The notes under the pieces are model-generated. The model was not told the DNA's origin. It searched no databases and worked only from the letters and a program-made list of their open reading frames with translations. Of a stretch of 32,000 bases of DNA, positions 6,751 to 15,041 are shown piece by piece. The stretch comes from a bacterium YEK0313 (lineage in GTDB: Bacteria > Pseudomonadota > Alphaproteobacteria > Rhizobiales > Phreatobacteraceae), in assembly GCA_000751295.2 (NCBI GenBank), contig CCMO02000002.1:1187806-1219805 (forward strand). Reading direction: 5' to 3'. Position numbers and translations under genes: made by a program. Position 1 is the stretch's first letter. Each line of letters opens with the position of its first letter.

Positions 6751-9700
6751 ATGAACGGACGGCGATTCGAAGGATACATGATGAAGGTTGACACCATGAG
6801 GAGCACTGCGCGCCCGCTCCGCTTCAAAGTCGCCGGCTTGGATTGCCAGAATGAAATCCGCGCGCTTCGTGGGGCGGTGGGACCAATCGTCGGAGGCGAC
6901 GACAAGCTGTCCTTCGACACCAAGGCGGGCCTGATGGAGGTAGCGGTCGGGGATCCTACCCTGGTTATTGAAATAACCCGGGCGGTTGATGCCACGGGAA
7001 TGCGAGCGGACCTTCTGCCAGAGCGAACGCCGCAGTCTACATCGGCGCTGCTTTTTCAGATCGACGGGCTCGACTACAAGAACGAAGTCGCCGTGCTCAA
7101 ACGTGAGATCGGTCCGCTTGTAGGGGGCGAGGATCGGCTGGCATTCGATACCGCGAGACGGTTGATGACGGTCGCGCCGCAAAGCCAAGCGACGATCCAA
7201 GACATCGTTCGAGCCGTTGCGCCGACCGGCATGCGTGCCTCGCTTGTTGGAGATGGCGTGGACGAGGCGGTGCTCTACCGTGTGCACGGACTCGACTGCA
7301 AGAACGAGGTGGCGGCCCTGACGCGGGAGCTGGCACCGCTCGTCGGAGAGGACAATCTCGCGTTTGACACAGAACGCGGCATGATGACGGTGGGGCCTCA
7401 GAAGCGGGTCGTCTCTGATGTGATCAAGGAGGCCGTGGCTCGAGCGGGTATGCGCGCGGAACCATGGGCGCCGGAAACCGTGTCGTCTGCTTTCGCCAAC
7501 CCCACCTCCCAGCAGGAAGACTTGGCCTGCGGCTGTGGCGCAGAGGTGCAGGAGGTCTTCAGTCCGCCGATCCCGACCCACTTACCCGGTCAGGTCGTGT
7601 TTCGCATTCATGGCATGGATTGCGCCGACGAGATCGCGGCCTTGAAGCGCGAGGTCGGTCCGCTCGTCGGGGAAGACAAGCTCGCCTTTGATCTCCTCAA
7701 CGGCCGCATGTCGATCGACGTGACACCGGATTCCGTGCTCGAAGCAAGTATCGAGAAGGCGGTGGCTCGCGCCGGCCTGCGCGCGGAGCCGTGGATCGAA
7801 GGCGGCATTAGCGACGCCGCACAGATCGAAGAGCGCCGGAAGCGGGTGCAGTCGTGGCTCACAACCGCAAGCGGCGTGCTCACCGCGCTGGGCTTCGCGG
7901 TCCACGCTTGGCTCGGGGGCGGCGTCATAGCCGCTTTCGAGGCAGGCGAACATGCCAGGGGCACAACCCCGTTGCCGAGCATGGTTCTCTACGCGGTCGC
8001 CGTGCTCTGTGCCGCGCGCTACGTCGCGCCCAAGGCTTGGCTCGCGGCCAAGCGACTTCGCCCCGACATGAATCTGCTGATGATGGTTGCGGTCGCGGGC
8101 GCGATCGGTATCGGCGCCTGGTTCGAGGCCGCCACCGTTTCGTTCTTTTTTGCATTGGCGCTGGCGCTCGAGGCCTGGAGTCTTGGTCGCGCGCGCCGCG
8201 CGGTTGCCGCCCTCATGGAACTCGCCCCGCCGACAGCGCGCGTCAAGCTCGAAGACGGCTCCGAGCGCGACGTGGCGGCGGCCGAGGTGCGAGTCGGCGC
8301 GAGGATCATAATCCGGCCGGGAGACAAGGTGCCGCTCGACGGCCGGGTCGTCGCTGGCGAGAGCGAGGTCAACCAGGCACCGATCACCGGTGAAAGCGTC
8401 CCCGTGTTCAAGGCGGAAGGGGACGACGTATTTGCCGGGACCATCAACGGTGAGGGCGCAATTGAGGTCGTGACCACCAAAGCGGCGAATGACACGACGC
8501 TCGCCCAGATCATCCGCATGGTCGGTTCGGCGCAGAGCCGGCGCGCACCCAGTGAGCAATGGGTTGAGAAGTTCGCACGTGTCTACACGCCGGTCGTAAT
8601 GGTACTCGCCATTGCGATTTTTCTCGCTCCGCCCTTGCTTATGGGCGGCGCTTGGGACGTCTGGTTCTATCGGGCTCTCGTACTCCTCGTGATCGCTTGC
8701 CCCTGCGCTCTCGTGATTTCGACCCCGGTGACGATCGTGGCGGCCCTGGCCGGCGCGGCAAAGCAGGGGGTCCTGGTCAAGGGCGGCACCTATCTCGAGA
8801 CGCCTGCGCACCTCAAGGCGATTGCCTTGGACAAGACGGGCACGCTCACCGAAGGACGGCCGCAGGTTGTCGAGATCGTGCCGCTTGGAGGTCGCAGCGA
8901 AACTGAGCTCCTCGGTCTGGCCGCGGCCCTGGAGGCGCGCAGCGGGCATCCGATCGCTCGCGCCATCCTGGCGAAAGCCGCCGAGCTGAAGATCGCCGCC
9001 GAGCCTGCCGAGGCTGTCCAAGCCATCACTGGCCGAGGCGTCATCGGGCGAGTGGCCGGCCGCGAAATGTGGCTCGGCTCGCGCCGCTACCTTGAGGAGC
9101 GCGGCGTCAATTCTGCTGAGGTTCTGCAGCGGGCGGATGCGCTTTCGAGCGCCGGTCGCACCATCGTTGCGGTCGGCGATGGTCAGGACGTCTGGGGGCT
9201 CGTTGCTGTCGCCGATGCTGTCAGGCCGGAGGCCAAGGACATTGTCACGGCGCTGCACCGCGCCGGGATCGAACACGTTGTGATGCTCACCGGAGACAAT
9301 CGCGCGACAGCCGAGGCGATTGCGAAGCAGACAGGCATCGACGAGGTCCAGGCAGAACTGCTGCCGGGCGACAAGGTGGCGGCGGTCGAGGATTTGGTGC
9401 GGCGCTACGGATCGGTGGCGATGGTCGGCGACGGAGTCAATGACGCTCCCGCGATGGGGCGTGCCAATCTCGGCATCGCCATGGGTGCCATGGGCAGCGA
9501 CGCCGCCATTGAAACGGCCGATGTTGCGCTCATGTCGGACGATCTGTCGAAACTTCCTTGGCTTGTGCGCCATTCGCGGGCGACGCTCGCCGTCATCCGA
9601 CAGAACGTTGCCTTCTCGATCGCCGTGAAGTTCTTGTTCACAGGGCTGACAGTGATTGGTCTCGCATCGCTCTGGGGTGCTATCGCAGCGGACGTCGGCG

Positions 9701-9843
9701 CGTCTCTGCTGGTCGTTCTCAATGGCCTGCGCCTGCTCAATCGTGGTCAGACCAGCGGTCAAAAGGGTGGCCCATCCAGCGGTCTTGGCGTTTCGACGCA
9801 GCAGCGTCGTGCCCCGACCATCGCCGAAACGGTCCCGGCGTAG
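6751..9843 (+). CDS. Heavy-metal translocating P1B-2-type ATPase (Zn/Cd/Pb class; ZntA/CadA/PbrA-like) with four N-terminal HMA-like domains
   Basis: Motifs: PITGESVP (TGES), ACPCALVISTP (CPC), DKTGTLT, SGHPIA, GDGVNDAPA. A Lys in SIAVK and ADVGASLLVVLN (DxGx7N) give the P1B-2 transmembrane signature. The start is uncertain: in-frame ATGs lie at 6751, 6778, 6781 and 6796. The track start at 6628 lies upstream of the promoter, so it is rejected. Confidence 0.95.
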   Translation: MNGRRFEGYMMKVDTMRSTARPLRFKVAGLDCQNEIRALRGAVGPIVGGDDKLSFDTKAGLMEVAVGDPTLVIEITRAVDATGMRADLLPERTPQSTSALLFQIDGLDYKNEVAVLKREIGPLVGGEDRLAFDTARRLMTVAPQSQATIQDIVRAVAPTGMRASLVGDGVDEAVLYRVHGLDCKNEVAALTRELAPLVGEDNLAFDTERGMMTVGPQKRVVSDVIKEAVARAGMRAEPWAPETVSSAFANPTSQQEDLACGCGAEVQEVFSPPIPTHLPGQVVFRIHGMDCADEIAALKREVGPLVGEDKLAFDLLNGRMSIDVTPDSVLEASIEKAVARAGLRAEPWIEGGISDAAQIEERRKRVQSWLTTASGVLTALGFAVHAWLGGGVIAAFEAGEHARGTTPLPSMVLYAVAVLCAARYVAPKAWLAAKRLRPDMNLLMMVAVAGAIGIGAWFEAATVSFFFALALALEAWSLGRARRAVAALMELAPPTARVKLEDGSERDVAAAEVRVGARIIIRPGDKVPLDGRVVAGESEVNQAPITGESVPVFKAEGDDVFAGTINGEGAIEVVTTKAANDTTLAQIIRMVGSAQSRRAPSEQWVEKFARVYTPVVMVLAIAIFLAPPLLMGGAWDVWFYRALVLLVIACPCALVISTPVTIVAALAGAAKQGVLVKGGTYLETPAHLKAIALDKTGTLTEGRPQVVEIVPLGGRSETELLGLAAALEARSGHPIARAILAKAAELKIAAEPAEAVQAITGRGVIGRVAGREMWLGSRRYLEERGVNSAEVLQRADALSSAGRTIVAVGDGQDVWGLVAVADAVRPEAKDIVTALHRAGIEHVVMLTGDNRATAEAIAKQTGIDEVQAELLPGDKVAAVEDLVRRYGSVAMVGDGVNDAPAMGRANLGIAMGAMGSDAAIETADVALMSDDLSKLPWLVRHSRATLAVIRQNVAFSIAVKFLFTGLTVIGLASLWGAIAADVGASLLVVLNGLRLLNRGQTSGQKGGPSSGLGVSTQQRRAPTIAETVPA
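6817..7794 (+). repeat. Four tandem HMA-like domain repeats inside the ATPase N-terminus (protein-level repeat)
   Basis: Repeat units lie at nt 6817-7017, 7048-7248, 7270-7467 and 7594-7794. Each has the pattern (F/Y)x(V/I)xG(L/M)D(C/Y)xxE(I/V)xxL...GPLVG(G)ED(K/R/N)L(A/S)FD...GMRA. A CGCG motif at 7528-7539 sits in the linker before repeat 4. Confidence 0.8.
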
Positions 9844-9916
9844 ATCGAGGTTGCGTCAGCGCAACCCAACCCAAGCACACCGGTCGCGGAGAATGGCCGA
9901 AAAAGAAAGGACTTGA

Positions 9917-10447
9917 TTGAGCGTGGCGTATCCGAGGCTGATCCGACGAGCTACATTGGCATGTGGTGCTTTAGCTGCCGCCCTTGCGGTCGATTTTGTT
10001 ACGAAATGGCTGATCCTCAACGTCGTAATGGTGCCGCCGCGGACGATCGAGATCGCGCCATTTTTCAACCTGACCCTCGGTTTCAATACGGGTGTCAGTT
10101 TCGGAATGTTCCGTGAGCTCTTCCTCGATCGCCCATTGATGCTCGCCGGAATCAAGATGTTGATCGTCGCCGGCCTTCTCCTCTGGGCCATGAGAACGCC
10201 AAAGCCATTGGAGACGGTTGGTCTCGGCCTGATCGCCGGCGGTGCGATGGGCAATATTGTGGACCGGATAAGTCAAGGTGCCGTGACCGATTTCCTCGAT
10301 TTCCATGTCGGAAGATGGCACTGGCCGGCCTTCAACATGGCGGACACGATGATAACGATCGGCGTCGTCTTGCTGATCGCCGGCTCCTTTTGGCCGGTGA
10401 GGTCGATGACTCCCGTTCAGAAGCGGCCGAGCGCCGCGGAGCACTGA
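9917..10447 (+). CDS. lspA: Lipoprotein signal peptidase (signal peptidase II)
   Basis: 176 aa with four TM helices. LspA blocks are present: FNLTLGFNTGVSFG, GGAMGNIVDR, VTDFLDF and the catalytic-Asp block WPAFNMADTMITIG. The start is TTG 9917, with GTG 9923 as an alternative. Confidence 0.9.
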   Translation: MSVAYPRLIRRATLACGALAAALAVDFVTKWLILNVVMVPPRTIEIAPFFNLTLGFNTGVSFGMFRELFLDRPLMLAGIKMLIVAGLLLWAMRTPKPLETVGLGLIAGGAMGNIVDRISQGAVTDFLDFHVGRWHWPAFNMADTMITIGVVLLIAGSFWPVRSMTPVQKRPSAAEH

Positions 10448-10472
10448 CGATGGCGCTCATCAATGTTTTTTT
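10429..10472 (+). terminator. Weak candidate intrinsic terminator after lspA
   Basis: GAGCGCC (10429-10435) pairs with GGCGCTC (10452-10458), followed by a run of seven T (10466-10472). A T run is conspicuous in this GC-rich DNA. However, the loop is long (16 nt) and the stem is 7 nt away from the T run. Confidence 0.25.
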
Positions 10473-10557
10473 GCTCTCACCCTGCGGGCTGCCGCTCGTT
10501 CGGGCTACCTATCCTACGGCTTGTGCATACGGAGCAACTCGCCCGTTGGCCCTCGTA

Positions 10558-10757
10558 ATGCATGATCAGCAAGCCAAGAAGCGCGCACTACTGTTCTTGA
10601 ATCGGCGAAGCGGCAACGGTGGTGATCGCGCGCCGGATGCCGCTGTCCAGCAACTTGAGGCCGGCGGATTGTTTTGATGCGCGGGTCATGCATTCAAGCA
10701 GAAGATGTCACCCGCGAGATCAAACGCCATGCGCACGTGGTGTGGCACTCCGGCTGA
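10558..10757 (+). pseudogene. Decayed N-terminal fragment of a diacylglycerol-kinase-family (YegS-like) lipid kinase
   Basis: ATG 10558 reads MHDQQAKKRALLFLNRRSGNGGDRAPDAAVQQLEAGGLF then a stop (10675-10677). The +2 frame continues MRGSCIQAEDVTREIKRHAHVVWHSG then a stop (10755-10757). The KRALLxxNxxSGxG...L(E/x)AGG pattern is the start of DAGK-type lipid kinases. The fragment is frameshifted and truncated before the GGDGT motif. Confidence 0.4.
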
Positions 10758-11008
10758 TATACGTCCATTTCGGACGAAATATATGCAAACGCGTTGCAAT
10801 AGCATCTTAACATGAACTGACTACAGTCCTGTCAACAGTGCTGCCGATCCGAGTCGGGCTGCGCCTAGGAACCACGAAAATCCCAGCGCGCAGTTCCCAT
10901 ATTGGTTGAGGCGGTTGCCGCTTGGCCGGGGCATGCATTCCGGGAGTGCCACGGCTGCAGTTCACCGGAATCACAGAGGAGTTCCGGCCGCTGGAGGCGC
11001 AAATTGAG

Positions 11009-11908
11009 TTGAGGCACCTGCGCTATGCCGTCGCCGCCGCGCACTATGGGAGCTTCCGGCGGGCGGCGGAGGCGCTCGGGGTCAAGCAATCCACGCTGAG
11101 CCGCTGCATATCGCAATTGGAAATTCGTCTGGGTGTCGTGTTGTTCGAGCGAACCAGCGGGGGAGTTCGACTGACCACGGCGGGGGCTGAAATATTGCGC
11201 ACGTCCCGGCACTTGGTCGAAACCGTCGACCATATGGCCGCGACAGCCAAGGAAATGGGTAGGGGCGAGGCCGGCCGTCTCACCGTCGGATTCTACACCT
11301 CGCTTTCGGCCGGAAATCTTCGGGCCAGCCTGATCGAGTATGCATCGCGGTTCCCCAAGGTCGAGATCCGGACATATGAGGGCGCACGCGCTTGCCTCTT
11401 CGCCGGCGTCGACGCCGGGCGGCTCGACGTTGCCATCGTTACCGGTGATCCGGTTCCTGGCGAGGGGAAGGTGATGGGGCTCTGGAGCGAACGCATCATG
11501 GTCGCGCTGCCAGAGGGCCACCGGCTCGCCGCCAACAACATCGTCTATTGGACGGACCTCAAGGACGAGACGTTCCTGTTCAGCCAGCACGATCCCGGTC
11601 CTGAGATCCAGGACATCCTTCTGGCGAAGCTTGCGGCGCCGGGCGAGCGGCCAAAGGTCATCAGCCACGATGTCAGCCGCGAGAACATCAAGAGCCTGGT
11701 CGGGGCTGGCTTTGGCGTCAGCCTGATGTGCGAAGCCTGCGTTGGGGCTGCGTACACAGGCGTGGTCTATCGCGAGGCGCGCGACGGCAACGGGCCGAGC
11801 AGGATCAGCTATGCCGCCTATTGGCAGCCCAACAACGACAATCCAGCGCTGGCGGGTTTCATCAGCCTGCTTCAAGAGCGCTATCCCGCGCTGCCGGCAG
11901 GTGATTGA
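11009..11908 (+). CDS. LysR-family transcriptional regulator
   Basis: The N-terminal HTH is LRHLRYAVAAAHYGSFRRAAEALGVKQSTLSRCISQLEIRLGVVLFERTSGGVRLT, followed by a LysR substrate-binding domain. I chose TTG 11009 (giving MRHLRY...; GGAGG at 10993-10997) as the start. The track start at 10922 is also TTG, so the true start is uncertain. Confidence 0.85.
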   Translation: MRHLRYAVAAAHYGSFRRAAEALGVKQSTLSRCISQLEIRLGVVLFERTSGGVRLTTAGAEILRTSRHLVETVDHMAATAKEMGRGEAGRLTVGFYTSLSAGNLRASLIEYASRFPKVEIRTYEGARACLFAGVDAGRLDVAIVTGDPVPGEGKVMGLWSERIMVALPEGHRLAANNIVYWTDLKDETFLFSQHDPGPEIQDILLAKLAAPGERPKVISHDVSRENIKSLVGAGFGVSLMCEACVGAAYTGVVYREARDGNGPSRISYAAYWQPNNDNPALAGFISLLQERYPALPAGD

Positions 11909-12123
11909 CGCTGCCGTCGCGCCTTCGCAAAGCCCCGATCGGTCGCCATGAAACGCTCGACCATGGGCACGATCAGCTTGGCCGGATCGGCTGCCGGATG
12001 TCCCGTTTCCCGAGCCAGGATCTCGGCATAAGCGACCAAATCCCGATGCACGGCGGCAGGAAGCTCGATCGTCAGCTTGACCGGCTTGTCGTCTGCGATG
12101 GCTCCCAGCTTCAGCTTCGCCAT
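11881..12123 (-). CDS. DUF2274 domain protein (conserved gene downstream of trbI in this ICE family)
   Basis: The 80-aa MAKLKLGAIADDKPVKLTIELPAAVHRDLVAYAEILARETG... matches the DUF2274 pattern I recall. ATG 12123 lies next to the trbI stop (12125-12127). Confidence 0.8.
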   Translation of the reverse strand: MAKLKLGAIADDKPVKLTIELPAAVHRDLVAYAEILARETGHPAADPAKLIVPMVERFMATDRGFAKARRQRQSPAGSAG

Positions 12124-12124
12124 A

Positions 12125-13339
12125 TCAGCCTCCGTAGGGCTCGAGGACGAGGTCGCGGGTGACGATGACGCGAACCGGAAAGCCGGGCCGGATGGTCAGC
12201 GTCGGCGCGACGTTCAACTGGCGGCGGACGATCTGCTGGCCGGCGTCGTTGATCGTGTCCTGACCGCCATTGCGGATAGCCTGGATCAGCCGATCGTCGT
12301 CGTTGGTGGCAAGCTCGGCGCCGATGCTCAGCAGCGTGGAAAGACCCGCCGCCTTGGCGAGATCCCACCAGTGATAGTCGACACCGTCCTGGAGACCGGC
12401 ATAGCCCTCGGCGTCAGCGCCGAGCTGGCGCTCGAGGACGATCGAGCGGCCATTGGGGAAGATCAGGCGGTTCCAGACCAGCAGCACGCGGCTCTGGCCG
12501 AACTGAACATTGTTGTCGTACTGGCCGATGATGCGCGTGCCTTGGGGTACGAGCAGGATGCGCCCCGTCGGGCTGTCATAGATATTCTCCGTCACCTGCG
12601 CGGTGATCTGGCCCGGAAGGTCGGATCGGATGCCGGTGATCAGCGCGGCAGAGATGACGGCGCCGGCTTGCAGAATGTTGGGCGATGCCGGCGCCGCTAT
12701 GCGGTCTGGCGCGACGGTGCGCCGATCGGCAGCGGCGTTGAGGAAGGCGAGCTGCCGATCCTGCGCGGATGGCGTGGCGGGCTGCGGAGCCAGGCCCAGA
12801 CTCGCCAGGTCAGGTGTGGGCTGCGGCGCAACCGCCGCCGAGCCGGGGCTCGGCGATGACATCGGGCGATTTTCCGTGCCGGCGAAGAGCCTGGCTGTGC
12901 GCGCGGCCTCGATCTCCTGCAGCCGTCGCTGCTCCTCGGCGCTGAGGCTGGGATTGGGTGCCGCGACGCCAGGGGGCACGGGCTGTCCGCGGTTCTGCGC
13001 GCCAAGGATCGGCCGCCCAAGATCGCCGGGTAGTGGCGGACCGAGCTGGGGAATGCCGCTGTAGTCGCGCGGTAACCCCGCGAGACCGTCGGCGGTCGAG
13101 CGGTTCTCGGTCGAATAGAGTTCCTCAGCGGGCCTGCCCCCGTCGCGGGTCTGGAGCGCGTAGATCAACGCACCGCCCAATCCCACGCTTGCGACGAGAC
13201 CGATGCCGGCGAGCGCCTTGCGCGAGAGCCGCGTGACACGCGGCGGTTCGGCGCGGAGCCGCATCGGGGCGGCCGCGTCGGCGGCTGCTCCGGTCAGCGG
13301 CGCGTCTTCTTCTTTTTGTTCGCTTGCGGGCTCGCTCAC
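12125..13339 (-). CDS. trbI: Conjugal transfer protein TrbI (VirB10 homolog)
   Basis: GTG 13339 overlaps the trbG stop (a GTGA overlap). Features: an N-terminal TM helix (LAGIGLVASVGLGGALIY), a Pro-rich linker and a conserved C-terminal VirB10 domain (GAVISAALITGIRSDLPGQITAQV...LLVWNRLIFPNG...PTLTIRPGFPVRVIV). The longer track ORF (to 13591) runs through trbG. Confidence 0.9.
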   Translation of the reverse strand: MSEPASEQKEEDAPLTGAAADAAAPMRLRAEPPRVTRLSRKALAGIGLVASVGLGGALIYALQTRDGGRPAEELYSTENRSTADGLAGLPRDYSGIPQLGPPLPGDLGRPILGAQNRGQPVPPGVAAPNPSLSAEEQRRLQEIEAARTARLFAGTENRPMSSPSPGSAAVAPQPTPDLASLGLAPQPATPSAQDRQLAFLNAAADRRTVAPDRIAAPASPNILQAGAVISAALITGIRSDLPGQITAQVTENIYDSPTGRILLVPQGTRIIGQYDNNVQFGQSRVLLVWNRLIFPNGRSIVLERQLGADAEGYAGLQDGVDYHWWDLAKAAGLSTLLSIGAELATNDDDRLIQAIRNGGQDTINDAGQQIVRRQLNVAPTLTIRPGFPVRVIVTRDLVLEPYGG

Positions 13340-14361
13340 GACGTCGGCCTCCCATCGGTGCGGGTGATCCGGACGCGCTTCTGGCGGTCGCCAGCGCCGA
13401 AGCGCAGTTCGGCGGCCGCAAACAGACGGTCGACGACCATGTAGTTGCCACGGACTCGGTAGTTGACCAGTTCGGAGGTGTTGCCTTCGGGTCCGACCAC
13501 GAACAGGGGTGGCATCTCGCCCTGGCCGATGCCGCGCGGGAATTCGATGAACACCTGCCGTCCGTCGTCGTAGGCGCGGAGCGGCCGCCACGGCGCGCGA
13601 TCGCCCTCGATCGCATAGCGGAAGTTGATGTTGGCGAGGTCGACACCGGTCGCGACCGGGCGTGCGGCTTCGGCCTGCGCGTTCTGCCGCCGAAGCGCGA
13701 TGAGCTGGTCCTGCGGATATTGCCAGGAAACCGAGGCCATATAGGTGCGCTCGGTCGAGCGCAGCTCCATGTGATAGGTGCGCAGGTTCGTGTTGATGAC
13801 GAGGTTGGTCATCAGATCGGACCGCGTCGGCTTCACCAGGATGTGGACCTGCGTGCTTGTCCCGGAGCCGCTTTGCGTGTCGCCGATGATCCAGCGGACG
13901 GTATCGCCGGCTGCGACCGGACCGGAGCCGACGAGCTGCTCGCCTGGCTGCAGGGCGATGTCGGTGATCTGACCGACGGCGGTATAGACCTGATAGAGTG
14001 CGCCGGCCGTGAAGGGATAGACTTGCATGGCGTTGATGAAGCCGTCCCGAACGGGCTGGACCCGAGCGGCGGCGTTGGCCTGGTTGACGCGGGCGGCCGG
14101 GTCGGTGGGCTCGGGCGTGCGATGCGACGGCTCGACAGGCTTCATCTGTCCGGGTAGCGGCAAGGGGCGCGGCAGCTCGACGACCTGCACCGGCGCCGGC
14201 GGATCGGCCTGGAGCGTTGCCGGCGCGGCATCGTCGTAGGAGATTTCAGGGGGTCTCTGCGTCGTGGCGCAGCCCGCCAAGGCGCTCGCTGAAATCAGCA
14301 AAGCCGCAAATGTGGAAGTGCGAGAAGCCGGATTTCCGGCTTTACGGAAAGACGGCTTCAT
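13336..14361 (-). CDS. trbG: P-type conjugative transfer protein TrbG (VirB9 homolog), lipoprotein
   Basis: 341 aa. The signal peptide has a lipobox, SALAGC. VirB9/TrbG blocks are present (QVYPFTAGALYQVYT, VRWIIGDT, NLRTYHMEL, VNYRVRGNYMVVDRLF). ATG 14361 overlaps the trbF stop. Confidence 0.95.
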   Translation of the reverse strand: MKPSFRKAGNPASRTSTFAALLISASALAGCATTQRPPEISYDDAAPATLQADPPAPVQVVELPRPLPLPGQMKPVEPSHRTPEPTDPAARVNQANAAARVQPVRDGFINAMQVYPFTAGALYQVYTAVGQITDIALQPGEQLVGSGPVAAGDTVRWIIGDTQSGSGTSTQVHILVKPTRSDLMTNLVINTNLRTYHMELRSTERTYMASVSWQYPQDQLIALRRQNAQAEAARPVATGVDLANINFRYAIEGDRAPWRPLRAYDDGRQVFIEFPRGIGQGEMPPLFVVGPEGNTSELVNYRVRGNYMVVDRLFAAAELRFGAGDRQKRVRITRTDGRPTS

Positions 14362-15041
14362 TGCCCAAGCTCCCGTGACCAGTTGATGGCGTTGACGTAG
14401 ATGCCGAGCGGGTTGGCGCGGAGCCGGTCGGGGTTGCGCGGCACCTGCACGACGATGGTGAGAATGGCGGTCCAGCGGGTCGTCTCGGCGAGCTGGCCGT
14501 TCTCGTAGCGCCGCTCTGTCCAGGCGACGCGGAAACTGTCGGGAGAAGCGCGGATTACGCTAGAGACGTCGATCGCGACCTGCTGGCGGCCGACCTTAGT
14601 GAAAGGGTCGTTCGACCGCGCATAGTCGTTGAGCGCGGCCGCGCCGCGATCGGTGGTGAAGTCGTAGGCGCGCAGCCAATTCTGGCGGACGATGATGGCG
14701 TCGGCGGGGATCGATCGCACCTGCTCGATGAAGCGCGCGAGATGGAATGCGATCTGAGGATCGGTCGGACGATAGTCGGCGACGGCGGGCGCGACGGCTT
14801 GCGCCTGGCCGAGCCTATCGACCTGCACCACCCAGGGCACGATCGTTCCGCGAGCCGATTGCCAGACAAGTGCGGCGGCGAAACCGGCTGACAGGATCAG
14901 CGATCCGAACGCCATCAGTCGCCAGTTCTTCGCCTGAACGCGGGCGGCGCCGATGCGATCGTCCCAGACCTGGGCGGCGCGCTGATAGGGCGTTTCGGGC
15001 TCGGGGGTCTTGCCGTAATGGGTCGAAGGTCGTTTGAACAT
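14358..15041 (-). CDS. trbF: Conjugal transfer protein TrbF (VirB8 homolog)
   Basis: 227 aa from ATG 15041 (MFKRPSTHYGKTPEPETPYQRAAQVWDDRIG...), with one TM helix and a VirB8-like domain. The start shares 1 nt with the trbL stop (TGATG). Confidence 0.93.
   Translation of the reverse strand: MFKRPSTHYGKTPEPETPYQRAAQVWDDRIGAARVQAKNWRLMAFGSLILSAGFAAALVWQSARGTIVPWVVQVDRLGQAQAVAPAVADYRPTDPQIAFHLARFIEQVRSIPADAIIVRQNWLRAYDFTTDRGAAALNDYARSNDPFTKVGRQQVAIDVSSVIRASPDSFRVAWTERRYENGQLAETTRWTAILTIVVQVPRNPDRLRANPLGIYVNAINWSRELGQ

Noticed and set aside
7582-9762. 726-aa ORF on the minus strand opposite the ATPase gene
   Set aside because: It is a shadow ORF of the kind expected in GC-rich DNA. Its translation is Arg/Gly/His-rich with no motifs, while the plus strand carries every P-type ATPase signature.
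9849-9866. Hairpin GGTTGCG-TCAG-CGCAACC between the ATPase and lspA, considered as an intrinsic terminator
   Set aside because: The stem is short, no T tract follows, and lspA starts 50 nt later on the same strand. It is more likely neutral, or at most a weak attenuator, so it is not reported as a feature.
10865-11875. 336-aa minus-strand ORF opposite the LysR gene
   Set aside because: The plus strand encodes a clear LysR HTH plus substrate-binding domain. The minus-strand product has no motifs.
13340-13591. 5' extension of trbI. Similar extensions occur for trbF (to 15167), trbL (to 16486), trbD (to 20453), copG (to 23527), traG (to 25373), the relaxase (to 27238) and DUF2840 (to 29911)
   Set aside because: Each extension runs into the upstream gene. 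Internal ATG/GTG codons that overlap or abut the upstream stop give N-termini matching the conserved family starts.
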